Of a stretch of 64,000 nucleotides of DNA, positions 48,516 through 58,669 are shown in pieces; the first letter of the stretch is position 1; every line of letters begins with the position of its first letter. Where the stretch lies: contig CAJQPR010000067.1 of NCBI GenBank assembly GCA_905480255.1, positions 1,061 through 65,060 on the forward strand. Direction: 5' to 3'. The DNA comes from an uncultured Woeseiaceae bacterium (GTDB taxonomy: Bacteria; Pseudomonadota; Gammaproteobacteria; Steroidobacterales; Woeseiaceae). A program made the position numbers and the translations under genes. The notes under the pieces were generated by a model, which ran no database searches, was not told the origin of the DNA, and saw only the letters and a program-made list of their open reading frames with translations.

Positions 48516-48925
48516 CCCAGCCCGCGCATAGCCCAGGGCGCATTCCAGATCTTGGTCATCTTCGCGACTTTACCGTCTTCATTCATGTTGAGGACGTAGA
48601 CGTAGTGTGAGTCGACGGCTTTGTTGGTTGGCGGCACGGGCCCGCCCTCGCCAACGTGTTTCGCGTGGTAGGTCGCAAAGAAGATTGCTGTATTACTGTC
48701 TTCATCGTAACTTGCCGAGTGCAGGGTGTAGGTTGAGCCCGCTGACGTCACAGTACCGAAACCGTGCATCCAGTCACAATAGCCTTCAACAGTCGTCACA
48801 TCGACGAGCGGCTCACACTGAGCCTCAAGCGCTGCGCCATCGGCGACATACTCTTTGCACCCGGCCCATCCCTTCGGCGCCTCACAGGCCTCGAAAAACT
48901 TCCTCGCGTTTTCAAATGCAGACAT
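48503..48925 (-). CDS. NTF2-like (SnoaL/ester-cyclase-type) protein
   Basis: Start set at MSAFENARKFFEA (ATG 48925), preceded by AAAGGAG. The fold call comes from length and pattern only. Confidence 0.5.
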   Translation of the reverse strand: MSAFENARKFFEACEAPKGWAGCKEYVADGAALEAQCEPLVDVTTVEGYCDWMHGFGTVTSAGSTYTLHSASYDEDSNTAIFFATYHAKHVGEGGPVPPTNKAVDSHYVYVLNMNEDGKVAKMTKIWNAPWAMRGLGWIE

Positions 48926-49049
48926 TACAGCTCCTTTCTTCATTGTTGTTTTGCTGAACAGGTCAGTATGATTTTAGTGCAAATGATGTCCAATTTCGGC
49001 GTCAATTCGTGGATAATCCGCTCAATTCGGAATATTTGGAGAGTTATGC

Positions 49050-49331
49050 ATGGCCAAGGCAACAGCGAGACATATTCTTGTAGATACTGAAGATCGATGT
49101 CAGTCCATAAAAGATGAAATCCTCGGCGGTGCGGATTTTGCTGACCTGGCAAAAGAACATTCATCCTGCCCATCCGGGCAACGCGGTGGCGAACTCGGCG
49201 AATTCGGGCCGGGCATGATGGTTAAGGAGTTTGATGAGGTTGTGTTCAGCGCCGACATTGGCGCCGTCCAGGGACCCGTGAAAACCCAGTTTGGATACCA
49301 CCTGCTTGAGGTTACAAGCCGGACAGACTAG
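49050..49331 (+). CDS. ppiC: Parvulin-type peptidyl-prolyl cis-trans isomerase C
   Basis: 93 aa with [29 protein letters not shown] and FGYHLLEV. Confidence 0.92.
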   Translation: MAKATARHILVDTEDRCQSIKDEILGGADFADLAKEHSSCPSGQRGGELGEFGPGMMVKEFDEVVFSADIGAVQGPVKTQFGYHLLEVTSRTD

Positions 49332-49337
49332 TCCCTG

Positions 49338-51569
49338 TCACGCGACGTCTTTGGACTTCAGGTCCTCGTTCGTTAAATCATGCAGACGCACCGGCAGCTC
49401 GCGAATTCGCTTTCCGGTCGCATTGAAGATTGCATTGACCAGCGCCGGAGCAATGGCGGGAGTCCCGGGCTCTCCGGCACCGCCGACTTTTTCACCGCTG
49501 TTGATAATGTAGGTCTCGATTTCCGGAGACTGATTCATGCGCAGCATCTGGTAGTCGTGAAAGTTGCTTTGTGCAACAGCTCCGTGACGAATCGAAATAT
49601 CGCTGAACAGCGCCGCGGTTAAGCCATAGATAATGCCGCTTTCCATCTGTGCTTTCATGCCATCCGGGTGCATCGCGAAGCCGGCATCAACTGCACATAT
49701 CGCGCGGCGCGGAAATACAGTGCCGTCGACGATTTCAACTTCGACGACTTGCGCAACAATTGTGCCAAATGACCGGTGAATCGCGATGCCGCGACCCCAA
49801 TTTTCGGGCAACGGTGCTCCCCAGTCTGACTTTTCGGCAGCAAGATCGAGGACATCCCGGAATCGCGGTGCCTGTTCCAGCAAATTCCGCCTGTATTTGT
49901 AAGGATCGTCGCCTGCCTGAATTGCAACTTCGTCGATAAATGATTCGGTAAAAAAAGCATGTAGTGAATGATCGACACTTCTCCAGAATCCCCAGGGCAC
50001 ATGAGTTTTTGATTCCGCGTAATGAATAAACTGGTTGTCGATGCCGTAAGGAATATGTGGCGCCTCGGCAGGATCATATTTTTCGACGTATTGATTGATC
50101 CAGGCGATCGGCTTGCCCGAGCTGTCGAGCGCCGCTTTGAACCGGCTGATGCTCGCCTGCCGGTAGTGATCGTGCCGCATATCCTCTTCCCTCGACCAGA
50201 TGAGCTTGACCGGGTAGGGGACCTCGGCAGCAATTCTCGCTGCCTGAATCGTATAATCGGGAAATGCACGCCGGCCGAAGCCACCGCCAAGATACTCGTT
50301 GTGCAACTGGACATTGGCTGTATCCATATCAAGCGCGCTTGCGACCTCTGCCGCGAAGCCCAGGGGATTTTGCGTGCCGGTCCATAATTCGCAAACATCA
50401 TCATGTAGCCAGGCTGTGCAGTTCATTGGTTCCATCGGCGCATGCGACAGGTAGGGCACGCGATACTCTGCCTCAACGACGGAGTCTGCCGAGGACATCG
50501 CGGCGCCGGCATCTCCTTTTTCGAAGTCAGTGATCTCTTCACCGTCGGAGACGGCCCGGTCCATGTCCGCAGCAAACTGGTTAAAGATATCGCTTTGTTC
50601 GACGGTTTCATTGCCGTTTCGCTCGAATTCAATCGCAAGTTGATCCAGTGCCTTCTTTGCTTGCCAGTAACCATCCGCAACGACCGCGACTGCGTCACCC
50701 AGGTTGACGACCTTACGTACCCCAGGCATATCCTGAATTGATGATTCATCAAAGCTTTTGACGGCGTTGCCGAATACAGGAGAGGCCTTGACGGTTGCGT
50801 ACTTCATTCCTGGCAACACCGCGTCAATGCCGAATCTTGCGCTTCCGTCAACCTTGGGCGGCACGTCAAATCGCTGCACGTCTGTACCCATGATGGTGTA
50901 CTGGTCCGGCGTTTTTAGAACGGGCTTAACCGGCTGGGAGAGTTCGGCTGCCGCACCAGCAAGTTCCGCATAAGTCGCACTCTTGGAGCTTCCGGAATGA
51001 ACGATCATGCTTTTCTGTGCGCTGAGTTCGGTCAGTGGCACTTTCCAGGAGTCGGCCGCCGCCTGCAGCAAAACAGCCTTGGTTGCGGCTCCTGCTACCC
51101 GCATTCCTGCCTGGCCGGTGGTTGGGACTGATGTGCTGCCGCCGGTAATTTGCAGGTTCATGGCTTTGGTTGCTGTCAGGAAGAAGCCGTCCACGGTATC
51201 GATGAGCCATGAAGGGAAATCAACGTCGCCTACTGCATAGCCCTTGGCAAGTGCGTAATTTGCGTATTCCTTGTGCGCTGGTGCTTCCATGAAGTCGACC
51301 AGATCCCAGTCGGCATCCATTTCGTCGGCGAGCATCATGGCCAGTGTGGTATGAACGCCCTGGCCCATTTCTGCATGTGGAACGATCGCGGTAATTCTGT
51401 TGTCCGGGGCAATCTTCACCCAGACGTTGAATACGGTGTCGTCCTCGCCAGCGATCAGGCCGGCGACTTTGTCCGCCCGGTTGCCAGGCCGGATTGCGAC
51501 GCCGAATACCACGACACCACCTGCAAGGACACCGGCGGAGATGAATGCTCTGCGAGACCATTTACCCAT
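49338..51569 (-). CDS. Molybdopterin-binding subunit of an IorB/aldehyde-oxidase-family oxidoreductase, Tat signal
   Basis: Twin-arginine N-terminus [13 protein letters not shown] (start set at 51569) and a large xanthine-dehydrogenase-family MoCo domain. It overlaps the upstream gene by 8 nt. Confidence 0.85.
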   Translation of the reverse strand: MGKWSRRAFISAGVLAGGVVVFGVAIRPGNRADKVAGLIAGEDDTVFNVWVKIAPDNRITAIVPHAEMGQGVHTTLAMMLADEMDADWDLVDFMEAPAHKEYANYALAKGYAVGDVDFPSWLIDTVDGFFLTATKAMNLQITGGSTSVPTTGQAGMRVAGAATKAVLLQAAADSWKVPLTELSAQKSMIVHSGSSKSATYAELAGAAAELSQPVKPVLKTPDQYTIMGTDVQRFDVPPKVDGSARFGIDAVLPGMKYATVKASPVFGNAVKSFDESSIQDMPGVRKVVNLGDAVAVVADGYWQAKKALDQLAIEFERNGNETVEQSDIFNQFAADMDRAVSDGEEITDFEKGDAGAAMSSADSVVEAEYRVPYLSHAPMEPMNCTAWLHDDVCELWTGTQNPLGFAAEVASALDMDTANVQLHNEYLGGGFGRRAFPDYTIQAARIAAEVPYPVKLIWSREEDMRHDHYRQASISRFKAALDSSGKPIAWINQYVEKYDPAEAPHIPYGIDNQFIHYAESKTHVPWGFWRSVDHSLHAFFTESFIDEVAIQAGDDPYKYRRNLLEQAPRFRDVLDLAAEKSDWGAPLPENWGRGIAIHRSFGTIVAQVVEVEIVDGTVFPRRAICAVDAGFAMHPDGMKAQMESGIIYGLTAALFSDISIRHGAVAQSNFHDYQMLRMNQSPEIETYIINSGEKVGGAGEPGTPAIAPALVNAIFNATGKRIRELPVRLHDLTNEDLKSKDVA

Positions 51570-52056
51570 TGATCTTCTCCCCACTGTCAGCGACACCGTT
51601 CATGGCGATCGCTGCCTTCTTGATACCACGGCGAATTCGAGGATATGTGCCGCAGCGACAGACATTGCCGCTCATTGCCAGGTCGATATCCCGGTCGCTG
51701 GGTGATGGATTCTTTGCAAGCAAAGCTACTGCGGACATGACCTGGCCTGATTGACAGTAGCCGCATTGGGGAACCTGCTCATCTATCCAGGCCTGTTGCA
51801 CGGGATGCAATTCGCCGTCAATACTGCCGACGCCCTCGATCGTCGTAATCTCTTTGCCAGCAACGGCCTGGACGGGCGTCCTGCAGGATCGGATCGGAGA
51901 ACCATTCAGGTGAACTGTGCAGGCTCCGCACTGTGCAATGCCGCAACCGAACTTGGTGCCGTTAAGTCCGGCTTGTTCCCGAATCACCCAAAGGAGAGGG
52001 GTTGTTGGATCGACGTCCAGTTCGTGAGGCTCGCCATTGATAGTCAGGTTAATCAT
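51562..52056 (-). CDS. [2Fe-2S]-binding small subunit (IorA-like)
   Basis: Two cluster motifs, [11 protein letters not shown] and CGYCQSG...CRCG. Start set at MINLTINGE (52056). Confidence 0.88.
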   Translation of the reverse strand: MINLTINGEPHELDVDPTTPLLWVIREQAGLNGTKFGCGIAQCGACTVHLNGSPIRSCRTPVQAVAGKEITTIEGVGSIDGELHPVQQAWIDEQVPQCGYCQSGQVMSAVALLAKNPSPSDRDIDLAMSGNVCRCGTYPRIRRGIKKAAIAMNGVADSGEKING

Positions 52057-52141
52057 TTCGTCATAGTCCCGGGAAGATAGACCAGGAAAAGCATGCTGTT
52101 TCCCGGCCAATTGATATCAGACACGTTACTCCAGACGAAAA

Positions 52142-53128
52142 TTGCCGGCAACCGTGTATCGCTTTCCAATACGATCGTTCAACTTCAGCAAATTCAGGCT
52201 AAAATGCGGCCACGTGCTTCCCGGATTTACCGCCTTGCTCAAAAAAACCATTCGAAATCTGCGGGGCCTGCTCACGTTTTCGGCTTGTACGATCAACACG
52301 ATCATTTGTTTTATACCGATCTTCGTGCTTGCCATTCCGAAGTTTCTATTGCCAATCCGATCGCTTCGCGCGCTCCTCAATCGTTGGCTAATGGCAATTG
52401 GCGAAGCGTGGGTCGACTGCAACTCGTTTATTTTCTCGTTAGGAAACTCAACGACCTTCGATATTCGCGGTCTTGAAGATCTACGCAAGGACCAGTGGTA
52501 CCTCGTAATTGCCAATCACCAGACCTGGGTTGACATAGTCGCCATGCAAACGGCGCTGAACAGGAGAATTCCTTTCCTCAAGTTCTTTATCAAGCAGGAA
52601 TTGATGTGGTTTCCGTTCCTCGGCGCTGCCTGGTGGGCCATGGACATGCCTTTCATGAAACGCTATTCGAAGTCCTACCTCGCCAAGCATCCGGAAAAGA
52701 AGGGTAGAGACCTCGAGGCCACGCGCAACGCTTGTCAGAAATTTCGTGATACGCCGACTTCCGTCATAAATTTCGTTGAAGGCACGCGTTTCACGGATGA
52801 GAAAAGGGAAAGTCGTGGCTCCGCGTACGAGCATTTGCTGACGCCAAGGGCAGGGGGAGTGGCATTGGCGCTGTCGTCCATGGGCGAGATGTTTGATGCG
52901 GTCCTGGATATCACCATTGTTTATCCGAAAGGCCCCATCCAGTTCTGGGACATGATGTGCGGCGAATTTGAGCATGTAATCATCGACATCGAAAAAAGAC
53001 CGGTCGAAGAATGGCTTTACAAGGGCAACTACGAAAGCGATCGAGAGTTTCGCAAACAATTTCATCAATGGCTGATGAAAATCTGGGAAGCAAAGGACCG
53101 CAAACTCGCGACGATGAAAGGAAAATGA
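52142..53128 (+). CDS. Lysophospholipid acyltransferase family protein (YihG-like)
   Basis: H(x)4D motif NHQTWVDI, FVEGTR, and an N-terminal membrane segment. No in-frame ATG precedes the TM, so the start is TTG 52142 or GTG 52214. Confidence 0.75.
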   Translation: MPATVYRFPIRSFNFSKFRLKCGHVLPGFTALLKKTIRNLRGLLTFSACTINTIICFIPIFVLAIPKFLLPIRSLRALLNRWLMAIGEAWVDCNSFIFSLGNSTTFDIRGLEDLRKDQWYLVIANHQTWVDIVAMQTALNRRIPFLKFFIKQELMWFPFLGAAWWAMDMPFMKRYSKSYLAKHPEKKGRDLEATRNACQKFRDTPTSVINFVEGTRFTDEKRESRGSAYEHLLTPRAGGVALALSSMGEMFDAVLDITIVYPKGPIQFWDMMCGEFEHVIIDIEKRPVEEWLYKGNYESDREFRKQFHQWLMKIWEAKDRKLATMKGK

Positions 53129-53160
53129 GTCGACGGCGAAATATTTGCTAGAATTGCCTG

Positions 53161-53532
53161 ATGTCAGCCAGCCGCCATTTTGACACCGTCGCTTTCGACG
53201 TACGGGACAATGCAACAATGCTCTTCTTTGCCCGTACCAATGCGGCGGGCGATATCGAAGACTATCTACTGCTCATGCGGGCAGTTGGCGAGGACTTCGA
53301 CGATGCGATTTTTCTGGAAATCAATGAAAAGCAATATTCCGGCAGTGAAATTATTCGCGAGGCCCGTATGTCGGAAAATATGCTGACTTTGTATTTCCAC
53401 GAGCCAGTTGCGGATTTCGATGGCGAGACAGAGCTGGTTTTGGCGTTCAACGATACTCCCGAAAACCGGACATCCATGGAAGCAGGAGCATTTCGCGTGC
53501 TCGGCGAAAAACTGGCCGGCGGCAACGCCTGA
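53161..53532 (+). CDS. Hypothetical protein with weak resemblance to Imm10-type immunity proteins
   Basis: The pattern YLLLMR...D.....FLEINEKQYSGSEII.......LTLYF........LVLAF matches my recollection of the Imm10 architecture. No search was run. Confidence 0.4.
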   Translation: MSASRHFDTVAFDVRDNATMLFFARTNAAGDIEDYLLLMRAVGEDFDDAIFLEINEKQYSGSEIIREARMSENMLTLYFHEPVADFDGETELVLAFNDTPENRTSMEAGAFRVLGEKLAGGNA

Positions 53533-53539
53533 CAGATTA

Positions 53540-53767
53540 ATGCTTCAGCTGCGGCCGAATTGCGAGCATTGTGATCGCGACCTTCCTGCAGATTCGCTGC
53601 ACGCAATGATCTGCACCTTCGAGTGCACCTTTTGCAGAAATTGTGCAGATGACGTTTACCACGGGCAATGCCCCAACTGCGGGGGCAATTTTGAAACAAG
53701 ACCCGTTCGTCCGCCTGACGCGCTCGCAAGATACCCGGCATCAACCGAGCGAGTGACGCGTGACTGA
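53540..53767 (+). CDS. DUF1272 zinc-ribbon protein
   Basis: MLQLRPNCEHCDRDLP...CTFECTFCRNCA...CPNCGG is the characteristic DUF1272 Cys pattern. ATG at 53540. Confidence 0.75.
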   Translation: MLQLRPNCEHCDRDLPADSLHAMICTFECTFCRNCADDVYHGQCPNCGGNFETRPVRPPDALARYPASTERVTRD

Positions 53768-54071
53768 TATCTCCGCGTACAGCATATACCTCGTCGAGTG
53801 CCGCGATGGCAGTCTCTACACCGGTATTACTGTTGACGTTGCGCGGCGCCTCACAGAGCACGAGCGGGGCGGTAAAGGCGCGAAGTACCTGCGGGGCAAG
53901 GGACCGCTGAAACTGGTGTTCCAACGTGAAATCGGCGATCGCAGCCTGGCTTCAAAGCTCGAGTCGCGTATCAAACGCCTGCCGAGGGTTGAAAAAGCTG
54001 ACATCGCACGCCTGTCGGACAGGGTCGAGAGTTTGCTTGCTGAGTTGAGCGAGGTTAATACAGCACAATAG
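53760..54071 (+). CDS. GIY-YIG nuclease superfamily protein (UPF0213/YhbQ-like)
   Basis: SIYLVECRDGSLYTGITVDVARRLTEHE is the GIY-YIG core. The GTG start overlaps the DUF1272 gene by 8 nt. Confidence 0.8.
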   Translation: MTDISAYSIYLVECRDGSLYTGITVDVARRLTEHERGGKGAKYLRGKGPLKLVFQREIGDRSLASKLESRIKRLPRVEKADIARLSDRVESLLAELSEVNTAQ

Positions 54072-55095
54072 GCTTGCCAAACGGCGGTAATTCGACTCGA
54101 ATCTTCACGTCGCCTGCAGCGGCCAGCTCGTCAATCCAGGTGGAAGTTTTGAGCACCTTGTCCAGCATGTCGGGCATTAGCCTGACTTCCCCGAACGACG
54201 CGGTGAAGTCGTCATGGTGGACGGCAATAACTCGGGACGCATTTGCAGCGATCACTGTCTCGTTCCAGAAGTTTTCTGTGTAAGTTGCGCCAAGGTCCGC
54301 GAGCCCGGCAATGCCAAGCATCACGACGTCTGCCGATTCTCCCAGCAACTTTCCTTCGATGTATCCGGCACTGCCCTGCACAAGCGTAGTGCCTTGTGGG
54401 TGGCCGATAAAGATTGACCATGCGACGCCGGTTCGATATTCAGATATGCGTGCCGGTTGTCTGAGGGGCCTGTCAATGATGCCGGGAAATATCTCCATTC
54501 CGTCCACCCCGATTGGTGCGTGGCGTGACGCAACAAGCTTGATTGTGAAGTCTCCGAACTGGCGTGTCTCGCCATCCGCAAGAATCTGATACTGGCCGAC
54601 AGGGACGTCTGCGCCACGGACAATATTGGCTGTCGACTCGGAACCAAGCACGACTGCGCTGGTGCGATTGGCGACATAGCCTGCATCCATCGCGTGATCG
54701 TGATGTGAATGCACCGGGACTATCGCCGCAAGATGATTCATGCGAAAGGTCGATAACGCGTAGTTTATTGTAGCGACGTCGGATCTGATGCGCCGGAACG
54801 TCGCAATATCAACCGGGCTTACCCTGGTGAACGCCGCATCTATCAGGATTTGTGTCTCGCCATCGTCGAACAGTATTGTGGTTGTACCAAGCCATGTTGC
54901 CGTTACCGCGTCCCCAGGTTCAGACGCGACCATGGCGGTCTCCCAGCCTATGTCGGACATGTCGCCGCGGATCTGCCACATCCGCCACAAAAGAAGCGTC
55001 ACGAACAGGACTACAACGCCGATGGTCAATCCAATGTTACGGATCCATCGGCCGGTTTGATGCAGAGTTATGGCCTGAGAGAAGAATTTAAGCAT
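54055..55095 (-). CDS. Membrane-anchored MBL-fold metallohydrolase
   Basis: HSHHDH metal motif and an N-terminal TM helix. Start set at MLKFFSQ (55095) to avoid overlap with the upstream gene. Confidence 0.75.
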   Translation of the reverse strand: MLKFFSQAITLHQTGRWIRNIGLTIGVVVLFVTLLLWRMWQIRGDMSDIGWETAMVASEPGDAVTATWLGTTTILFDDGETQILIDAAFTRVSPVDIATFRRIRSDVATINYALSTFRMNHLAAIVPVHSHHDHAMDAGYVANRTSAVVLGSESTANIVRGADVPVGQYQILADGETRQFGDFTIKLVASRHAPIGVDGMEIFPGIIDRPLRQPARISEYRTGVAWSIFIGHPQGTTLVQGSAGYIEGKLLGESADVVMLGIAGLADLGATYTENFWNETVIAANASRVIAVHHDDFTASFGEVRLMPDMLDKVLKTSTWIDELAAAGDVKIRVELPPFGKPIVLY

Positions 55096-55111
55096 GGCTA
55101 TCGCGACGGCC

Positions 55112-56308
55112 CTATTGACCGACCGCCATCCGGGCAAGATGTGCCGCCAATGGTGCGAGATAGTTGCCAAGCGCATAGCCAATAAGCGCCATCAGTATGG
55201 AGACTGGCACCAGGCTGGGACGGTGGAACGCCGCGACGATCGGCGCCGATGCGGCCGCCCCAATATTGGCTGCCGATGCAATCGCGGCGCTGTGTACATC
55301 CACACGAAACAGTTTCGCGCCAGCCAGGCAAAAAGCGCCGTGAATGAATATCCAGATGAACGCGCCCAACAGGAATGCTGGAGCCTGCGCAAAGCCATCA
55401 ACAGTTGCCCTGGCTCCCATGCCGGCAACGAAGACGTAGATCATTGCCGTACCCATTGCGGTGGCGTTTGGCAATTTTGCGACAGGAGTGACGGACAGCG
55501 ACAGGGAAATAGTCGTAATCAACAGTATTCGCCATGTCGATTCAGAAAGGATGACCTGCAGATCGGGTGCGCTGCTCACCATGGCTTTAAAAAAGACGGA
55601 AGCGAGTTCAGTGGATATCCAGGTGACGCCGATCGCAACGGCGGCGAGATAGAGATAGTCCCGCATCGCCGGAGTTCTTTCTTCTTCGGCCATCATCAGG
55701 GCGGCAGAGTCCATCATCCTGATCCGGTCTTCCGGAACTTTGGCCCATGCATTGAATCGATCAGCGAAATTTTTCGATGCGAGGAGTATCGGCAACCAGA
55801 CGATGTAAATAACATTGTCGGCAAGTACCGCAAGGCCAAATTGCTCCGGTGGCGTCGCGAGCATTTCGCTTGTAGCGGCCATGTTTCCGGTTCCGCCGAT
55901 CCAGCTGCCTGCAAGCGCGCCAAACCCTTTCCATGCGTCAGGCGCAAGCCAGCGGTGCACGATGGCATAGGAAACGACAGCGCCGATAACTACTCCGGCC
56001 GTACCCATCAACATTACGAGCACGCCTTTGCCCATCACTTTCACAGCTGCAGGGACATTGACCTTAATCAACATCAGCACAATGAAGACGGGTAGTGCGA
56101 AACTGCTGAGTCCCGAATAAACCGTTGAGCTGGAGGGAATTACATCAAGATTATTCAGAAAAACCGGCGTTGCGTAAATGAAAAGCAGTGGTGGCGCATA
56201 CTGGAATAATTTCCAGGCTGTTATTTGTTCAACGTAAAACCAGAAAGCGGCGACCGCACAAAGAACAGCAAGCACGCCGCCGGTGGAGCCAATCAGCGTT
56301 TCGGACAT
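55112..56308 (-). CDS. Polytopic membrane protein (DUF819-like)
   Basis: About 11-12 TM helices. The family assignment is from general resemblance only. Start set at MSETLIG (56308). Confidence 0.5.
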   Translation of the reverse strand: MSETLIGSTGGVLAVLCAVAAFWFYVEQITAWKLFQYAPPLLFIYATPVFLNNLDVIPSSSTVYSGLSSFALPVFIVLMLIKVNVPAAVKVMGKGVLVMLMGTAGVVIGAVVSYAIVHRWLAPDAWKGFGALAGSWIGGTGNMAATSEMLATPPEQFGLAVLADNVIYIVWLPILLASKNFADRFNAWAKVPEDRIRMMDSAALMMAEEERTPAMRDYLYLAAVAIGVTWISTELASVFFKAMVSSAPDLQVILSESTWRILLITTISLSLSVTPVAKLPNATAMGTAMIYVFVAGMGARATVDGFAQAPAFLLGAFIWIFIHGAFCLAGAKLFRVDVHSAAIASAANIGAAASAPIVAAFHRPSLVPVSILMALIGYALGNYLAPLAAHLARMAVGQ

Positions 56309-56444
56309 AGTTCTGCGCCATGTTTCGAATATGCCTCGGAGTATAGCTGACCGCGCAGAGCGAATTGAATTGAGCCACGCCAAAATTAACCAATTTCAAT
56401 TCGGAAGCGGTAAGCGAGGAGGGTCAGTCAGGGACTGAAACGAT

Positions 56445-57158
56445 TCAGGAAAACCCCAGTTGGGCGTCGAAGTCCTTGCGTGAATCCTCGTCAGTAGGAG
56501 CGGCGGCCTTGACGGTCATCCAGACTGCGTGCCAGTCATCAATCTTGCAGGGACCGAACACGAACTTGTCGATGTAGGTTGCGAGATCTCTTACATGAAT
56601 GACATTGGATTCGAGTGCCGATGTAAACTGAACTGCGCCGGTAAACACGATGAGACTCGCGACCGGTACATTCGGAACGGCTTTTTGCAGAGCCCTGGTA
56701 CGGCCCTCGTTTTGGATTAACGGATTCAGAAACTTGCGACGCTGCACGCCGTCGACGTTGGTCCACTGAGGCTCGTCGGGACCGCCAAATACAACGCCGT
56801 TGTAGTGTTTTGTCTGGATGCAGAGAATGCCGCCTGACGTCAGCATTGCATGATCAATGTGCGTGAGGCCGCCGTAGGCGCCCGGCAGGATAAAGTCTTC
56901 GAGTACGTCGGCGCTTTTTGCGTTCAGGATCTTCCTGATTCGATACTTGCCGACTCGCCCCATCACCATCCTGGCAACATGCGTTGCCGATGCGCGAAAA
57001 AGTAATGTAATAAGCAGGGCGCCGGCAACCGCGATGATAAACATGCCAATGCCAGTGTTATTCAGGCCCGTGGCGACCTCTCCTTTTGCTGCGATCGAGG
57101 GCCATGCAAGCGTTATGCAGGCAAATACGATGGCGTTTGGCAGAGTCCGGCGAATCAT
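56445..57158 (-). CDS. Membrane-anchored NERD-domain protein
   Basis: Two N-terminal hydrophobic segments followed by THIDHAMLTSGGILCIQTKHYNGVVFG....W......FLNPLIQNEGRTRAL, the NERD core pattern. The E-x-K position reads Q-T-K. Confidence 0.7.
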   Translation of the reverse strand: MIRRTLPNAIVFACITLAWPSIAAKGEVATGLNNTGIGMFIIAVAGALLITLLFRASATHVARMVMGRVGKYRIRKILNAKSADVLEDFILPGAYGGLTHIDHAMLTSGGILCIQTKHYNGVVFGGPDEPQWTNVDGVQRRKFLNPLIQNEGRTRALQKAVPNVPVASLIVFTGAVQFTSALESNVIHVRDLATYIDKFVFGPCKIDDWHAVWMTVKAAAPTDEDSRKDFDAQLGFS

Positions 57159-57285
57159 GGGTCCAGACTAGATCCACTACATTACCCGTGCATTGTAATC
57201 CGTCACGTTTTGGACATAAGACAAATTAGTCGGACTGATTCTGTGAACTCTGACGGGTTTCATAGTTTTCGAATCTGCCCGGACG

Positions 57286-58104
57286 TCAATTTTCCGCCAT
57301 AGAATCAGGATTTGGAGGATAGGCGAGGAAATAGCCGTCAATTTTTGCCACCCTGATGTCGGTATCGTAGGTTTGGCGCAAATACGCTTCAGTCAATACC
57401 TCATCCTTAGTCCCGTCAGCGACAATCCGGCCTGCCCGAAGCAGGATGACACGATCTATTTCCGGTGGGATTTCGTTCAAAAGATGGGTAACCAGAACAA
57501 TGTTCTTGCCGCTCCTGGCGAGCTTCCGGATTCGTGCGAGGTAGTCGAAACTCGCCGCGAAATCCAGGCCAGCCGTGGGCTCATCGAGAATCAGGGTATC
57601 CGGGTCGTGGACCAGGGCGCGGCCGAGCAGGCAGCGCCGCTGCTGCCCGGTCGACATCTTCCTGAGCGGTGTTTTTTGCAGCGATTCGATGCCCAGGTCG
57701 GCCATTATTTCTTTCGCCCGGCGAACCTGTAGCGGTGAAATTCTGCTGGCCAGGGATCCGTGGATCCCCACGCTCGACAAGTAGCCTGACACCACGACAC
57801 TGAGGCCATTGGTTTTGTCCTGATAGCGCGCGTGGATATCATGCGACACGATGCCGATATGCGAACGCAATTCCCATACGTTCCAGGTTTCACGCCCGAG
57901 AATTCTGACTCTCGATCCCTCATGGTGAACCGGATAAAGTTCTCGATTAATCACCTTGAGAAGGGTTGTTTTACCCGAACCGTTCGGGCCAAGAATTGCA
58001 GCTGGTTCATGCTGTTCGATCGTGAGGTCCAGATTTTCGAATACCCGTGTTTCACCGCGATAGATCGTCGCGTTGCGGATGTCGATAAGCGGGGCGTCGG
58101 ACAC
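57286..58104 (-). CDS. Stand-alone ABC-type ATPase (ModF/YlmA-like NBD)
   Basis: Walker A GPNGSGKTT, signature MSTGQQRR, Walker B LILDEP, and H-loop VTH. There is no adjacent permease gene. Confidence 0.85.
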   Translation of the reverse strand: MSDAPLIDIRNATIYRGETRVFENLDLTIEQHEPAAILGPNGSGKTTLLKVINRELYPVHHEGSRVRILGRETWNVWELRSHIGIVSHDIHARYQDKTNGLSVVVSGYLSSVGIHGSLASRISPLQVRRAKEIMADLGIESLQKTPLRKMSTGQQRRCLLGRALVHDPDTLILDEPTAGLDFAASFDYLARIRKLARSGKNIVLVTHLLNEIPPEIDRVILLRAGRIVADGTKDEVLTEAYLRQTYDTDIRVAKIDGYFLAYPPNPDSMAEN

Positions 58105-58109
58105 GGCGC

Positions 58110-58652
58110 CTACTCGGATCCGATCTGACGTTGCATATGTGATGGCACCCAGTTTTTGTGCGCTAAATAGGCAGGTTCTCTAGCGGATGGCTGATAGTCT
58201 TCAAGACGCTCGGCGAGCCATTGAAACCACTCGAATGCTTCCGGGGAACCCTGTTCCTCGCGCAATGCTTTTGCCCATTTCTCAAGCTTTCGCCAGAGGA
58301 TTTGAGCGCTCGCACCGATCAGGCTATTAACAACGATAAACGGCACAATGCGCTGGTAGGTCATCACACCGATGTTTTCCATCGTCGCGCTGATAAGCAC
58401 CGCAGCGTCCTCCAGGTCCGGGTCTGCATTTCGAATGTCGTCGACATCCATATCGTCGGGCAGGGCCAGGATTAATTTGTAGGCAACCGTGAAATGTGGA
58501 TTGCCGAAAAACCGAAACAGCTCGATGGCTGCAAGTTCGCGGCGTTGCTGGCGGATCTGGCGCATCTGCATCAGGGCAAAAAAGAGACCGCCGACGACGA
58601 TAATGACGCCGAGGATTTCCGCGATATTTGCCAATTTTGTCAGGTCGTTCAT
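58110..58652 (-). CDS. Single-pass membrane protein (DUF4760-like)
   Basis: Start set at MNDLTK (ATG 58652, preceded by GGGGAAGAG). It has one TM helix (ILGVIIVVGGLFFALMQM) followed by a helical soluble domain. The family call is tentative. Confidence 0.5.
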   Translation of the reverse strand: MNDLTKLANIAEILGVIIVVGGLFFALMQMRQIRQQRRELAAIELFRFFGNPHFTVAYKLILALPDDMDVDDIRNADPDLEDAAVLISATMENIGVMTYQRIVPFIVVNSLIGASAQILWRKLEKWAKALREEQGSPEAFEWFQWLAERLEDYQPSAREPAYLAHKNWVPSHMQRQIGSE

Positions 58653-58669
58653 TTGCTCTTCCCCGATTG

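Noticed and set aside
56361-56403. Imperfect AT-rich inverted repeat CGAATTGAATTG ... CAATTTCAATTCG with an 18-nt spacer, between the NERD gene stop and the DUF819-like gene start.
   Set aside because: It has one indel in the arms, no U-tract for a terminator, and no regulator gene nearby to assign as binder. It cannot be distinguished from chance.
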